13,822 nucleotides of DNA from an uncultured Acidobacteriota bacterium (lineage in GTDB: Bacteria > Acidobacteriota > UBA6911 > RPQK01 > JAPXNP01), in the NCBI GenBank assembly GCA_963777605.1, contig CAVZRV010000004.1, forward strand, positions 1 through 13,822, read 5' to 3'. Positions within the stretch are counted from its first letter, which is position 1; the number at the start of each line of letters is the position of its first letter. This document shows positions 1-9,043 of this stretch, one piece after another. The notes beneath the pieces are model-generated. The model did no database searches. It was given only the letters and a program-made list of their open reading frames with translations, and was not told the origin of the DNA. The translations under genes were made by a program, and so were the position numbers.

Positions 1-92
1 ACTGATCTTCCCTGAAAATAAACGTAAAGATCTCGGTTCAAGTCATTGAATAGTAATGACTTCAGGGGTCTTCTTCGGCGAGTATGTCCTGC

Positions 93-1699
93 CTACAGCT
101 GTTGTCCTTTCGGCAAGGTGATGTTCAAGGCCTCCAGAATGCTCTGTTGACGAGAGTCCGGTTGAGGCAGCCGGGTGATCGTCGTTCCGTTCTGAAGCGA
201 GTAGTGCTGCAGGCACAGTCGGCTCAGGGCGGCCAGAGCGTCGGGTAAGGTCACCGTGTGAGGATCGGCCTCGGTCGTTCCGAAGCGAGCCGTCAGGCGG
301 CGTTCCATCTCCCGGACGATCTTCAAGGCCAGCATGCAGACCAAGGCATGCGCCCGAGTCCGATTCGCTTTGCGCAGAAACAGCGGCCGGATCTCCAGTA
401 ACCCGGTCTTCATCGATCGCCAGTCCCGCTCCACTTTGGCCAGATCCTTGTAGCAGTCGTGGACCCGCTCGGCCCCGAGCGCTTCCGCCGGGACGTCGGT
501 CTCGATCACATAGCAGCCGGCCAACAGCAGCGTTTCCTCCTGTGCCGCCTCGTCAATCTCGACGACCAGCATTCGTTCCGTGAGGCTCACTCGTACGAAG
601 TTCTGCAGTTTGTAGCGACGGATCCACGCCTCCAACTGACGCAGCCCGCTCTCGGGAACCGCCCGTTCCGAATCCGCCACGAACCGGTTGCGCACCTCCA
701 CTTTCTGCGTCAGCTTGGCCAGTTTGTTTTTGACCCGGTGGTGTTCCTTGCGCTCGATCTCGGGATTCTTGCGCAGGACATAGCGCAAGCCGGCGGCCTC
801 GACCTCGCACACCTGCTCCTCGAACAGCCCCATCTGCAGGGTTCCCTGCTTGAGCAACTTGCGGATCTGAGGATCGGTCAGAGCTGTGATGTAGCGCAGA
901 TCCGCCTGCTTCAAGGCGTCTTTGCCCAGGCTCTTGACCATCCCCCGGTCCCCGACGAAGACCACTTCCCGCACCCCGAACTGCTCCTTGAGAATCTCGA
1001 TCTGCGCCCCCACCGTCGTCGGATCCGCCTGATTCCCCTTGAACACCCGCACCGCCAGCGGCTCGCCCCGCTCGTCGGTCAACAGTCCCACCAGGATCTG
1101 CCGCTTGCCTCGCTTACCGTCCCGGTTGTAGCCGTACTCTCCCAGTTCGTGACAGTGCCCCTCCAGGTAGCTGCTCGTCACGTCATACAAGACCAGCACG
1201 GGCGGAGTCCCTCCACGCCGCCGGACCGCCTCCCGATACAGCTTCTGTTCGATCCGGGGCTGAGCGCCGGCCAGTTCATCCAGGGCTCGATACAGATCGT
1301 CTTCGTCGAACTCCCCCAGACCCAGCACTTCTCCGACGGCCTGGTCGGCGGCCCAGCGCACCGCCGACAGTCGCGATCCCTGATGCGCGACCCGAGCGAA
1401 GACCAGAAACAGCGCCAGTTTGGCCCAGGCTGCCTTGCCCAGCGCACGGCCGATCCCCATCTCCTCGGCCACCTGCTTCAAGGCGAACAGCAGACCAAAG
1501 ACGGCCCCGCAGACGGGGTCACCCAACGGCAAATGGTCGAACTCTCCGCGCAGGGCTCGGCGCAGGGCCTCGACTCGAGCAGAATCCCAGCGCGAGAGGT
1601 TGGCCAGGGTGCGGGTCTTGACCGAGCCCCGTCCCGATAGCTTTCACGCAGGAGAATGGCCGGCGGAGAAGAGCGATTGGGGACGGTCGCCACATACAT
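93..1699 (-). CDS. IS1634-family DDE transposase with one frameshift near 1622
   Basis: Motifs LYDVTSSYLEG, GYNRDGK, VFVGDRGM and VERDWRSMK are present. The typical N-terminus MYVATVPNRSSPPAILLRESYRDG (ATG at 1699) is in a different frame. Restoring one G in CGG(G)TCAAG gives ...RVKTRTLANLSRWDSARVEALRRALRGEFDHLPLGDP, continuous with ORF 93..1532. Confidence 0.9.
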
Positions 1700-1824
1700 G
1701 CGGCAATCATACAACTAAAGACGCCATTAGTCCATGATAAAATCACATATTACATGCCTACATATATCAGCTCAAACCCTCCCCATCTCGTTCAAAATAC
1801 GGGGCTTACATGTTCAACCTACTC

Positions 1825-1835
1825 GGAAGATCAGT
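1825..1835. repeat. Terminal inverted repeat of the IS (partner at 1-11)
   Basis: GGAAGATCAGT is the exact reverse complement of bases 1-11. Confidence 0.8.
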
Positions 1836-1950
1836 CAGAGTCGCGGGACCCTGTTTTCAACAGAAGCACCTTGGGCCCTCTCGGGCGTTTCTGTCGTTCC
1901 CTCAGCGTTTCGGAGGAGAGTTGGACTTTGGGTAGACAATCAGCTTGACT

Positions 1951-1966
1951 TGGAATGTAAGTTGCA
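1951..1966 (+). promoter_or_regulatory. sigma54 (-24/-12) promoter candidate
   Basis: TGGAATGTAAGTTGCA has exact GG-N10-GC spacing against consensus TGGCACG-N4-TTGCW. It is followed by an AAGGGAG RBS and ATG at 1989. Confidence 0.65.
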
Positions 1967-1988
1967 ATTCACTCAAAGGGAGAAATCG

Positions 1989-4138
1989 ATGCGACCAGAT
2001 AGGCACTGCTCTCTCTTTATGGCTGTGTCGGTACTTCTGCTGACTTTCTTTGATACTTCCGTCGGCTGCGGAACCTTCAAGTATCTGTGGCAAGGCCAGC
2101 TCAACGACTCGGGAACGGTGGCGTTTTCGGCCGGACTTGAGGATGGCAGTCCCGATCCGAACGGCCTTTTCGTAAGGCTGCGCGACGACACGATTCGGGC
2201 CGTCGCCGTTCTGGGGGGAGTGTCCCCGGTGCCCGAGTTCACCTACCTGGCGATCGGGGATTTCTATCTCAACAACCGAAACAACATTCTCTTCGGCGCG
2301 ACACTTCAAAAGGGAGACGCGTCGTTGAAAGGCATTTTCCTTTACTTGCATGACGAACGACGCGTGAAGGCATTGGTCCTGCCTGAACAAATTCAGCCAT
2401 AGGGCATCCCATTCAGACGGCATCCGCCCTTGGACTTAACGACCAGGATCAAGCCATTCTTCTGGATTGACCTCGTGATCACTCCCTGCTCGGACCCGAC
2501 CAAATGCAAAGCGGTCACCGAGTCCAGATTTTACGAGTACGATCGAAACCGAGACGAACTGGGCGCTCTTGCCCCAGGAGGGCGGTCAGGCGCCCGGAGG
2601 CGGAACGTTCACGACAATCGGCAGCCCGCGTGTCATTAATGCCCGAGGGACGGTGATCTTTCGCGGTCAAGGGTCCGATCCTGGAGTATCGTCATTCAAT
2701 GACCTCTTCATCAAGCGATCCAGTTCATCCCCGGTCGAGCGGCTCTACGTGAGCGGGCGAGGCACCGACCTGTACCTTCCGGCTTCGGTTCAACTGACCG
2801 ATTCCGATGCGTTTCCCGTTCTGTTTTCCGCCTACTACCCGAACCCCTCCGCCCCACCCTACGGAGGGCTGTTTGGACTTACCGAAGAAGGGCTGAGGAT
2901 GCTTGCGACAGACGGGCAGATGGTCCACAACGTTGAAATCAACCTGCGTTTCCTGTCTGGGGTCCTGGGTCAGTACACGGAGCTCTTTCGACCCTCCTGC
3001 CGCCGTGTTGTTGAACGACGGCCTGGTGATCTTTACCGACCATTTCAACAACACCTTCGCGACATCGATCGTGAACGGACAGTTGGTTTTCGTTTCCGGC
3101 GAAATCTCAACCGGTCGTGATCGAAGGGAGGAGCTACGTCCCGTTGCTCCGGGGCCCAGCCTCCGGTCCCGCCGGTGGACGTCTCGTCGGACCGCACAAC
3201 GACCTGGGACAGGTCGCCTTTCGGACGAGCGAGGGTGATCTACTCATATTTGATCCTTCGTCGGGATTCCACAGGGCGCTCGACAACGGAAGCCCGGTCC
3301 CAGGCACGGCCCAGTCGACGTTCGCGGCGATTGAGCCCCTGGACATGAATGACACCCAGGTGCTTTTCTCCGGAAATGTTCTCGTTGAACCGATCGGGTC
3401 TTTTTCTGCTGGATACTCAAACCGGAGTGGTTCAGAAGGTCGTCGCGCGGAACGAAGTCGCGCCCGACGCCCCCTTGTCCCTGACTCACGTATTTCCGCA
3501 GTTTGCGGATGGATTCTATGAAGACGGTTCCATCAAGACCGCCTTCCTCCTCATCAACTCAACTTCGTTCCCAAACGTCGTCTCGCTGAACTTCCGAAGA
3601 TCCGACGGATCGGCGGCCAACGTCTCTATCGGCGGCGAAACCGCAGATCACTTCAGCTTTTCTTTGGCCCCGAAAGGAAGTGCCCTCGTCCAGACCCAGG
3701 CCGTCGGAGCCGTTCAGAATGGCTACGTCCTCCTCGAAGCGGCGGGAGAGATGGCCGCCTCGGAAATCTTCGCGGTCTTTGACACAGAAGGCAGCCGTCT
3801 GACCGAGGCGGGAGTCTTGCCCTCCCTTCCGGGGAGGCACTTCACGCTTGGAGTTGAGGCACAGAACGATGTAAACACTGGAGTCGGCATTGGTCAACTT
3901 GAGCGGCGAGGAGGCGAATCTCGTCTTTACCGCCCGCGACCAGGCCGGCAACATCGTTGGCACGACAGAGCGGACGCTTGGAGCGGATGAGCACCTTGCC
4001 GTATACGTCGCCGGCGAACTGTTCACCGACTTGGAGACCCTGGTTGGAAGCGTGGAGGTGGTTTCCTCGGTCGAGGTCCACAAGCTGACGCTCCGGTCAG
4101 GTGCGGTATCTCAAACGACACTTCCGATGGCCCATTAA
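1989..4138 (+). pseudogene. Secreted NxxGxxAF-repeat (probable beta-propeller) protein with C-terminal 'FPQFADG' beta-rich domain; about 7 frameshifts (pseudogene or assembly errors)
   Basis: Hydrophobic N-terminus (LFMAVSVLLLTFF). Repeats LNDSGTVAF, LNNRNNILF, LNDQDQA, INARGTVIF, HNDLGQVAF and MNDTQVLF are spread over consecutive ORFs in different frames. Frame switches occur near 2385, 2455, 2565, 2970, 3115, 3390 and 3887. The C-terminus VFPQFADG...TAFLLIN...TEAGV...NTGV(A)LVN...TTLP ends at TAA 4136-4138. Confidence 0.75.
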
Positions 4139-4280
4139 CCTTTGGCCCAAACTTCCGGATATGAAAAGGGCTCGCCTCCTCTCTCCTTTTCCTCCGGCCT
4201 CCTTCCTGCTGGGGACACTCCCCATTATTGGCCTTGCGGCCTTGCGAGCAGTGTCCCCTTGGGCGCATTGGCCACCAGAC

Positions 4281-4484
4281 CGGCCTCTGAAGGAGGCCCC
4301 GGTTAAGGCCTTGGCTTCAGCCAGGGAACGGGATCGAGGATAGTGTCTATCCGGCCCTCAAAGGGCCGACGGGATTTGCCTCGGTGCCAGACCCGGCGCG
4401 ACCTTACAGGCTACAATTCCGGGGTAAGAATCCCTGTAACCCAAGGTAAACCTTTGACTTTAACGGACGGCTCCTCCAGCGCCG
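4281..4484. repeat. Degenerate REP-like composite palindromic element (family 1)
   Basis: Hairpins GGCCTC-tgaag-GAGGCC (4282-4298), CCTTGGC-ttca-GCCAGGG (4309-4326) and CGGCCCT-caa-AGGGCCG (4352-4368). Degenerate inverted counterparts lie at about 4397-4412, 4438-4459 and 4469-4484. The element sits between convergent genes. Confidence 0.55.
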
Positions 4485-4631
4485 TTGGCCCAGGTTCACC
4501 TCTTTGCGTGATCTCCGCAGCGCAGGGTGGCGGGGCTTACCTGAGATTCCGCAACGGGACGGTTAGCATGACTGCCCGAGTGCGAGTAGAGTGCCGAATT
4601 CGAGCGACTGCGGCGGATCGTCTTCGGCAGC

Positions 4632-4744
4632 CACCTTGGCGGAAGCTCTCGCTTCCGTGCGGCGTGCCGGGTTTCAAAGCGGAACCTTTCGGTTCGCGCA
4701 CTCCGGATGGACCAGGAGACGTGCCGGAATCTGCAGTTGAGAAC
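4632..4744. repeat. Dispersed ~113-bp repeat, copy A (REP-like family 2)
   Basis: Aligns with 11284-11396 (CACCTTGGCGGAAGCT..TCGCTTCCGT..TGCCGGGTTTCAAAG.GGAA..T.TCGGTTC..GCAC.TCC...AGACGTGCCGGAA) and contains two hairpins. Confidence 0.8.
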
Positions 4745-4870
4745 CCGGAAGAATGGAGGGGAGCGTCGCCACCATTTTGCAGCTGTTGATCTGGTTGTGG
4801 TCAGGCAGGAATTGAGGGAGCGGAGACTCCGATGAGAGTCTCCGAGACTCACAAGCGGGAACCCGCTCCG

Positions 4871-5952
4871 CTACTTTTGGCCGCTCCGTTCCGTCGCGAG
4901 CTCTTTTTCCATCTCCTTGATCTCCTGCTGAAGCGCGTCAATCTGTGCCTTCTGCGCCTTGGCGGCCTCAACCAGGACGGCGGCCAGGGCGCCGTAGTCG
5001 ATCCCCTGGGGAGTCCCCCTTGGAAATTCACGACTTCGGGCAGGACCTCGGCCACTTCTTCTGCTATCAGGCCCAGTGAGGGCTTTCCGTCACTCTTCCA
5101 GTCGAACGTCACCCCGCGAAGCTGCTTCAGTTTATCGACCGCGTCGGGAAGTGTTCGGACATCCGTTTTCCGGGTGATTGAACTGGTCTGATAGAACTCT
5201 CGCGCGGAGACTGTCCCCGTGAAGATCGCTTCGCCGTCGTTGGTGATGGTCAGCCTGCGCTGGCCTTCACCCCCGACCGACGTACCCAGGTCGTTGATGA
5301 TGAACTCCCCGTCATTCAGATCGGACGCATTCACGCCGACGACGAACGTTTTCAGGATTTCCCCTTTGGTGTTGTTTCGGACGAGTATGAAGGCCGCCGA
5401 GTCCGCCGATCGGTCCATTCGAAACACGGCATTCGGACCTTTCAGGTGGACGGCGCGTTCGGGGGTGTCCGTTCCGACGCCCAAGTACCCGCCGATCGTG
5501 AAATCTCCCGGATGATCCACCGCCAGTGCCACCGCAGTGGGCGCTTGCTGAGTGAACGGGAAGAGCCGAATCTCTCCGACACTGTAGCCGATCGGCTCCG
5601 ACCAGTCGTCCCAGGCCTGGAGGGTGTAGCGAACGTAACCCTCGGGATTATCGACCCAGTCTGCCAACAGCGAGTCCCATTGAACCGACGATCCGGGCTG
5701 AACGCCGGAGTCGGCGATTTCTTTACCGTCCGGTCCTTTCAACCAGAGCCGAAGTGAACCCACGCGCGGGTGATCGACTGAAAAGTTCACCGCCGATCCA
5801 TGGAACAAAACGGCTACCGCGTTTGACCTGACTCCGCTGTCAGAGGGTCGCAGCGGCCCCAGATTGTATTGAATCGGGTGACTTGAGGGCGCGCCGAACC
5901 CGTCCCCAATCAGAATGAACATTGCCGTCAGTACCAGTCCTGCCATTCTCAT
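4871..5952 (-). CDS. Secreted fibre-like protein with C-terminal Peptidase S74 intramolecular chaperone domain; one frameshift near 5008
   Basis: AGGAG RBS precedes ATG 5952, followed by signal peptide MRMAGLVLTAMFILIGDGFG. Motifs GYLGVGTDTP and S74-type QTSSITRK...LRGVTFDWK...GLIAEEV. Adding one C in a C-run restores ...LPQGIDYGALAAVLVEAAKAQKAQIDALQQEIKEMEKEL..., the usual coiled-coil end, with stop at 4871-4873. Confidence 0.85.
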
Positions 5953-6004
5953 GGTTCTCTTGTCTCCTGGTGCATTTGAACCCTTCACAGAGCGTGGATT
6001 CGGG

Positions 6005-7924
6005 TTATTTCAAATTCCGGCGCTGATTCAGTTTCTGCCGGAGCTGTTCTTTTTGCCGGGCGAGGGCATCCACCTGCCGTTGAAGTTCCTGGTAGGTCTC
6101 AATCAGCACTACCAGCAACCCGCGATAGTTCACCTGGGGGACACTGTCCGGATTCCGGAGTACCAATTGGGGGAAGAGCGTCTCGACTTCTTCAGCGATC
6201 AGGCCGATTCCGGGCTTTCCGGAATCCATCCAGTCGAACTGGACACCGCGCAGGTTCATCGTCTTTCGAAGCGTGTCGGAAAGCGGGAGGATGTTCGTCT
6301 TCAGGTTCCGAGAACTCGTCTGAAAGAAACTCGTCGCAGCGAGACCGCCATCGAATACGGCGTCTCCGCCGGTAGTGATCGTCAGTCGTCGCCGACCGTT
6401 GCCGCCGACGTACCGCCCCAGATCATTGATTAAGAACTCTCCCTGTCCGAAATCGGAAGCATTCACTCCCACCACGAAAGACTTGATCGGCAGGCCGGTC
6501 TGGGTGGTTCGGACGAGCATGAATGCGGCCGAGTTGCTGCTGCGGTCGAGTCGGAAGACCGCGTTTGGTCCGCTGACGTGAAAGGCCCGGGAGGGAGCGT
6601 CGGTACCGACTCCGAAGTAGCCGACGACGGTGAACTTCTCGGTCATCGAGGGTGCACCGGCCTCTGGTTGGGCGAGGAAGAGGCCGTCCCCTGCCTTGGT
6701 ACCCTTGACCGCTTGGGCGAAGACGATCTCGTTCAGGTTGTTCATGGCCACCTGGGCAATGCGTCCTGCAAACAGGGAACCGAACTGAGTGCCGGGCAAG
6801 CCCGGGATCGGGTCGTTCGCTCCCGCAATTCGGGTTAACCCTTTCGGCCCCGCATAAAGCACGCTTCCCGCTGCACCGCCGACCAACTCGGTTCCGGTTT
6901 CCCAGTTGCCGGCAAACGCCACCGCCCCGGCATTGTTCAGGTCCAGGTCTACGAACGTCCCGTCTCGAGGCGCGGCAAGGTTTCCGATTTGATAGGACGC
7001 CAGGCTGTTGTCCGCGATTCTGTACCGGAACAGGCTGGTCGTACCATCGTCGAGACTGGCACTGAAGACCAGGTCTCCGCCGTCGTTCAGTACCGGGTTC
7101 TCCAGGTCAGCCTGGAAGTGCACCTCACACGCTGGATCGGTGCACCCGGCGCCCCAAAACGGATCGTCTACCGATGCGACGCGGGTCACCTCTCCGTCGG
7201 AAAACAGGCTGATGTGCAGGCCGGGTTTATCGGAGTTGAACTGCCCGGTCACCCACTGCTCTTCGAAGGCGATTTGACCTTCGCGGTTGAGAGAGAGGGC
7301 CGTCGGGACCACGTCCTGGTATTCGGTCGCGACCACGGAGGCGAACTGTCCGTCCGAGGCAAGAAAGAGGCGGATGCCGTTATTGGCCGTGCCCCCGGTA
7401 AACGCAATCTGATCCAGGTCATTCAGCGCAAAGTCCGCGATCGAAGTGGGCTCGGTAAAGGTACCGTAGTCCACCTGGACGACCGTGGACCAGGCCCCGT
7501 CGGCGTAGAGGAAGACCCCTCCGAACGGAGCCCGGATCGCGACATGGCCCCGGTTGTTGATCCGCAGGTCGTGCACGCTGAGATCGGTTGCACCGGTGGG
7601 AAGAGGATCTCCCGAAAGGTAGAGCGGCTGGATCTCCCCGTCGTCGAAAAGGAAGACGCCCCCGGTTGTGGAACCGTTGAGGACGGTGGCACCGAAGACG
7701 ACCTGCCCCAGGTCGTTGACGTCGAACTTGCCGAAGCGGTTGAACGTGCCCCCCGCGGTGCCCGGCGCGGGATCCCCGGTCAGGACGAGCGGTCGAATGG
7801 TGAAGTTCTCTCCACCGAGGCACCCCCCGATTCCGGCCCAAAGCACCAGGCTTGCAATCAGGCCGAATTGTGCAGACGGTCTGAACCGGGCAAGACATGA
7901 AGCATGACGAACTTGAGCAGGCAT
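6005..7924 (-). CDS. Secreted NxxGxxAF-repeat (probable beta-propeller) protein fused to fibre segment and Peptidase S74 chaperone domain
   Basis: Intact ORF with likely start ATG 7924 after a GGGGAGG RBS and a hydrophobic leader (FGLIASLVLWAGIGG). Seven repeats: VNDLGQVVF, INNRGHVAI, LNDLDQIAF, LNREGQIAF, LNDGGDLVF, LNNAGAVAF, MNNLNEIVF. These are followed by GYFGVGTDAP and QTSSRNLK...LRGVQFDW...GLIAEEV...VNYRGL plus a coiled coil. Confidence 0.88.
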   Translation of the reverse strand: MPAQVRHASCLARFRPSAQFGLIASLVLWAGIGGCLGGENFTIRPLVLTGDPAPGTAGGTFNRFGKFDVNDLGQVVFGATVLNGSTTGGVFLFDDGEIQPLYLSGDPLPTGATDLSVHDLRINNRGHVAIRAPFGGVFLYADGAWSTVVQVDYGTFTEPTSIADFALNDLDQIAFTGGTANNGIRLFLASDGQFASVVATEYQDVVPTALSLNREGQIAFEEQWVTGQFNSDKPGLHISLFSDGEVTRVASVDDPFWGAGCTDPACEVHFQADLENPVLNDGGDLVFSASLDDGTTSLFRYRIADNSLASYQIGNLAAPRDGTFVDLDLNNAGAVAFAGNWETGTELVGGAAGSVLYAGPKGLTRIAGANDPIPGLPGTQFGSLFAGRIAQVAMNNLNEIVFAQAVKGTKAGDGLFLAQPEAGAPSMTEKFTVVGYFGVGTDAPSRAFHVSGPNAVFRLDRSSNSAAFMLVRTTQTGLPIKSFVVGVNASDFGQGEFLINDLGRYVGGNGRRRLTITTGGDAVFDGGLAATSFFQTSSRNLKTNILPLSDTLRKTMNLRGVQFDWMDSGKPGIGLIAEEVETLFPQLVLRNPDSVPQVNYRGLLVVLIETYQELQRQVDALARQKEQLRQKLNQRRNLK

Positions 7925-7972
7925 AATCTGACCCTCCCCTGGTTTCTCATCATGAAAGCCAGCCCACCCCAC

Positions 7973-8263
7973 CTAAGGATCTGGCAGGACTGGAAACGTA
8001 CTCCTGTAGCTGTCGTCGACCCGAATGACGACCGTAATCAGGTCGGTTGAACTCGCAAACTCTGCTGTCCCCTGGGACTGATCCAGGCTTCGGTTAACCA
8101 GGATGAATTCGGTGGCGAAGTACTCGTCGGAATGTGTCGGCTCGTTCGCCCCCTCGGCAACTTGGGGAATCCAGATGGCGGCCGCCTGGATCTCAGCGGC
8201 TCCGGCGAACATGGAGAACAAGCCCAGTGCAACGAGAAATGAATACGGCCGCGATTTCACCAT
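7973..8263 (-). CDS. Short secreted protein or truncated paralog of the 'FPQFADG' domain
   Basis: Signal peptide (FLVALGLFSMFAGAAEIQA), then IWIPQVAEG...FATEFILVN, which resembles VFPQFADG...IKTAFLLIN of the 1989-4138 gene. The ORF ends after 96 aa. Confidence 0.6.
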   Translation of the reverse strand: MVKSRPYSFLVALGLFSMFAGAAEIQAAAIWIPQVAEGANEPTHSDEYFATEFILVNRSLDQSQGTAEFASSTDLITVVIRVDDSYRSTFPVLPDP

Positions 8264-8276
8264 GACCTAAACGTTA

Positions 8277-8292
8277 AGCACTGTTCGTACCA
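8277..8292 (-). promoter_or_regulatory. sigma54 (-24/-12) promoter candidate for the 8263->4871 unit
   Basis: Minus strand reads TGGTACGAACAGTGCT with exact GG-N10-GC spacing, immediately upstream of ATG 8263. Confidence 0.55.
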
Positions 8293-8433
8293 GTGTCCAC
8301 CTCGGACTCAATGAATCGTCTATGTGGCTGCGTTTGGGGGAATAACAGCACATCCTGGGTTTCGGCGGGCACTGGTCCCACGGTCAAGGAGATACTTACG
8401 GATGTGTCTGATTGACCCACAGAAGTGGTATTC

Positions 8434-8485
8434 TGTCACTAAATCGGTGACACGCACATAATTGACTCGTAAACCCCCGTCAATT
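8434..8485. promoter_or_regulatory. Two dyad-symmetric sites, candidate enhancer or operator
   Basis: TGTCAC-N7-GTGACA (8434-8452) and AATTGAC-N12-GTCAATT (8460-8485) lie in an AT-richer stretch about 140-190 bp upstream of the sigma54 motif. Confidence 0.35.
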
Positions 8486-8813
8486 CACTATTTCAATCAA
8501 GATCTGGCACTCATTTCAGCGGATCGCTGGGAGGGTCGGTCCGATGAAGTGATCCGTCGTGAGCTCTTTCGGAGGTCAGTCACCCTGTCGATACGGCGGG
8601 CAGAGCAACCGCCCGGCTTCCGGTGAGGATTCCACCGAATTCTTCGAAATTGGTGCCAGACCGCTCACGGAATCTTTTGTTTTCCAGTACTTACGCTCCA
8701 AATCGGTGCGTGTCACTTCCCTTCGAGGAGATTGGAAGATCTGGATGAATTGGCGGGATCTGGGGTAGCGTTGCCGGGAGGGGGCGGACTTGTGAATCAA
8801 GCACGGCTTCCGG

Positions 8814-9043
8814 AGCGCCGGAGGAGCTTTTCGCACCTTAGCCCAGGAGTTCACTCCTGGAAAACGGTTGAAGCATAAAGAGAATTAGTCCCGGAGGGAC
8901 GGCCGAATCCGGGCTGACAATGGTTGGTCGTGACGCGCCGGCAGGAGTCATCGGCCACCCCTCCGGGGCTTGAGGAATCGCGTGAACAGCCCATTTCCCA
9001 GGACTTGAAGTTCTGGGCTGGAATCGAGATGTCCCTCCGGGAC
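8814..9043. repeat. REP-like composite palindromic element (family 1 architecture)
   Basis: GTCCCGGAGGGAC (8888-8900) has an exact reverse complement GTCCCTCCGGGAC at 9031-9043. Hairpins CCAGGAG-ttca-CTCCTGG (8843-8860) and CCCAGGACTTGAAGTTCTGGG (8997-9017). Degenerate units at about 8814-8828 and 8952-8970. Confidence 0.7.

Larger units (their letters stand above)
1..1835 (-). mobile_element. IS1634-family insertion sequence (one end at or just beyond the window edge)
   Basis: A DDE transposase is flanked by an exact 11-bp inverted repeat: ACTGATCTTCC (1-11) and GGAAGATCAGT (1825-1835). A subterminal palindrome AAGTCATT-N7-AATGACTT lies at 40-62. Target-site duplication cannot be checked because the flank is outside the window. 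Confidence 0.85.

Noticed and set aside
1615-1632. Programmed frameshift in the transposase
   Set aside because: There is no slippery heptamer, and IS1634 transposases are normally single ORFs. A 1-nt deletion explains it.
459-1640. 393-aa plus-strand ORF, and similar ORFs 6989..7900 and 5915..6433
   Set aside because: These are antisense shadows of well-supported GC-rich genes and have no recognisable motifs.
4340-4545. 6S RNA, SAM or c-di-GMP riboswitch
   Set aside because: Only short fragmentary resemblances; the core motifs are not present in order.
4871-7924. Prophage tail region
   Set aside because: No capsid, terminase, integrase or lysis genes are present, and both S74 proteins have signal-peptide-like N-termini.
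7925-7975. ORF 7973..8263 and ORF 6005..7972 are in the same frame, separated by one TAG (possible readthrough or pyrrolysine)
   Set aside because: The downstream gene has its own RBS, ATG (7924) and hydrophobic leader. A shared frame occurs one time in three by chance, and there is no other support.
8505-8660. Two further TGGCAC motifs (+ strand near 8505, - strand near 8658)
   Set aside because: The -12 GC is mis-spaced or absent, and no credible ORF follows.
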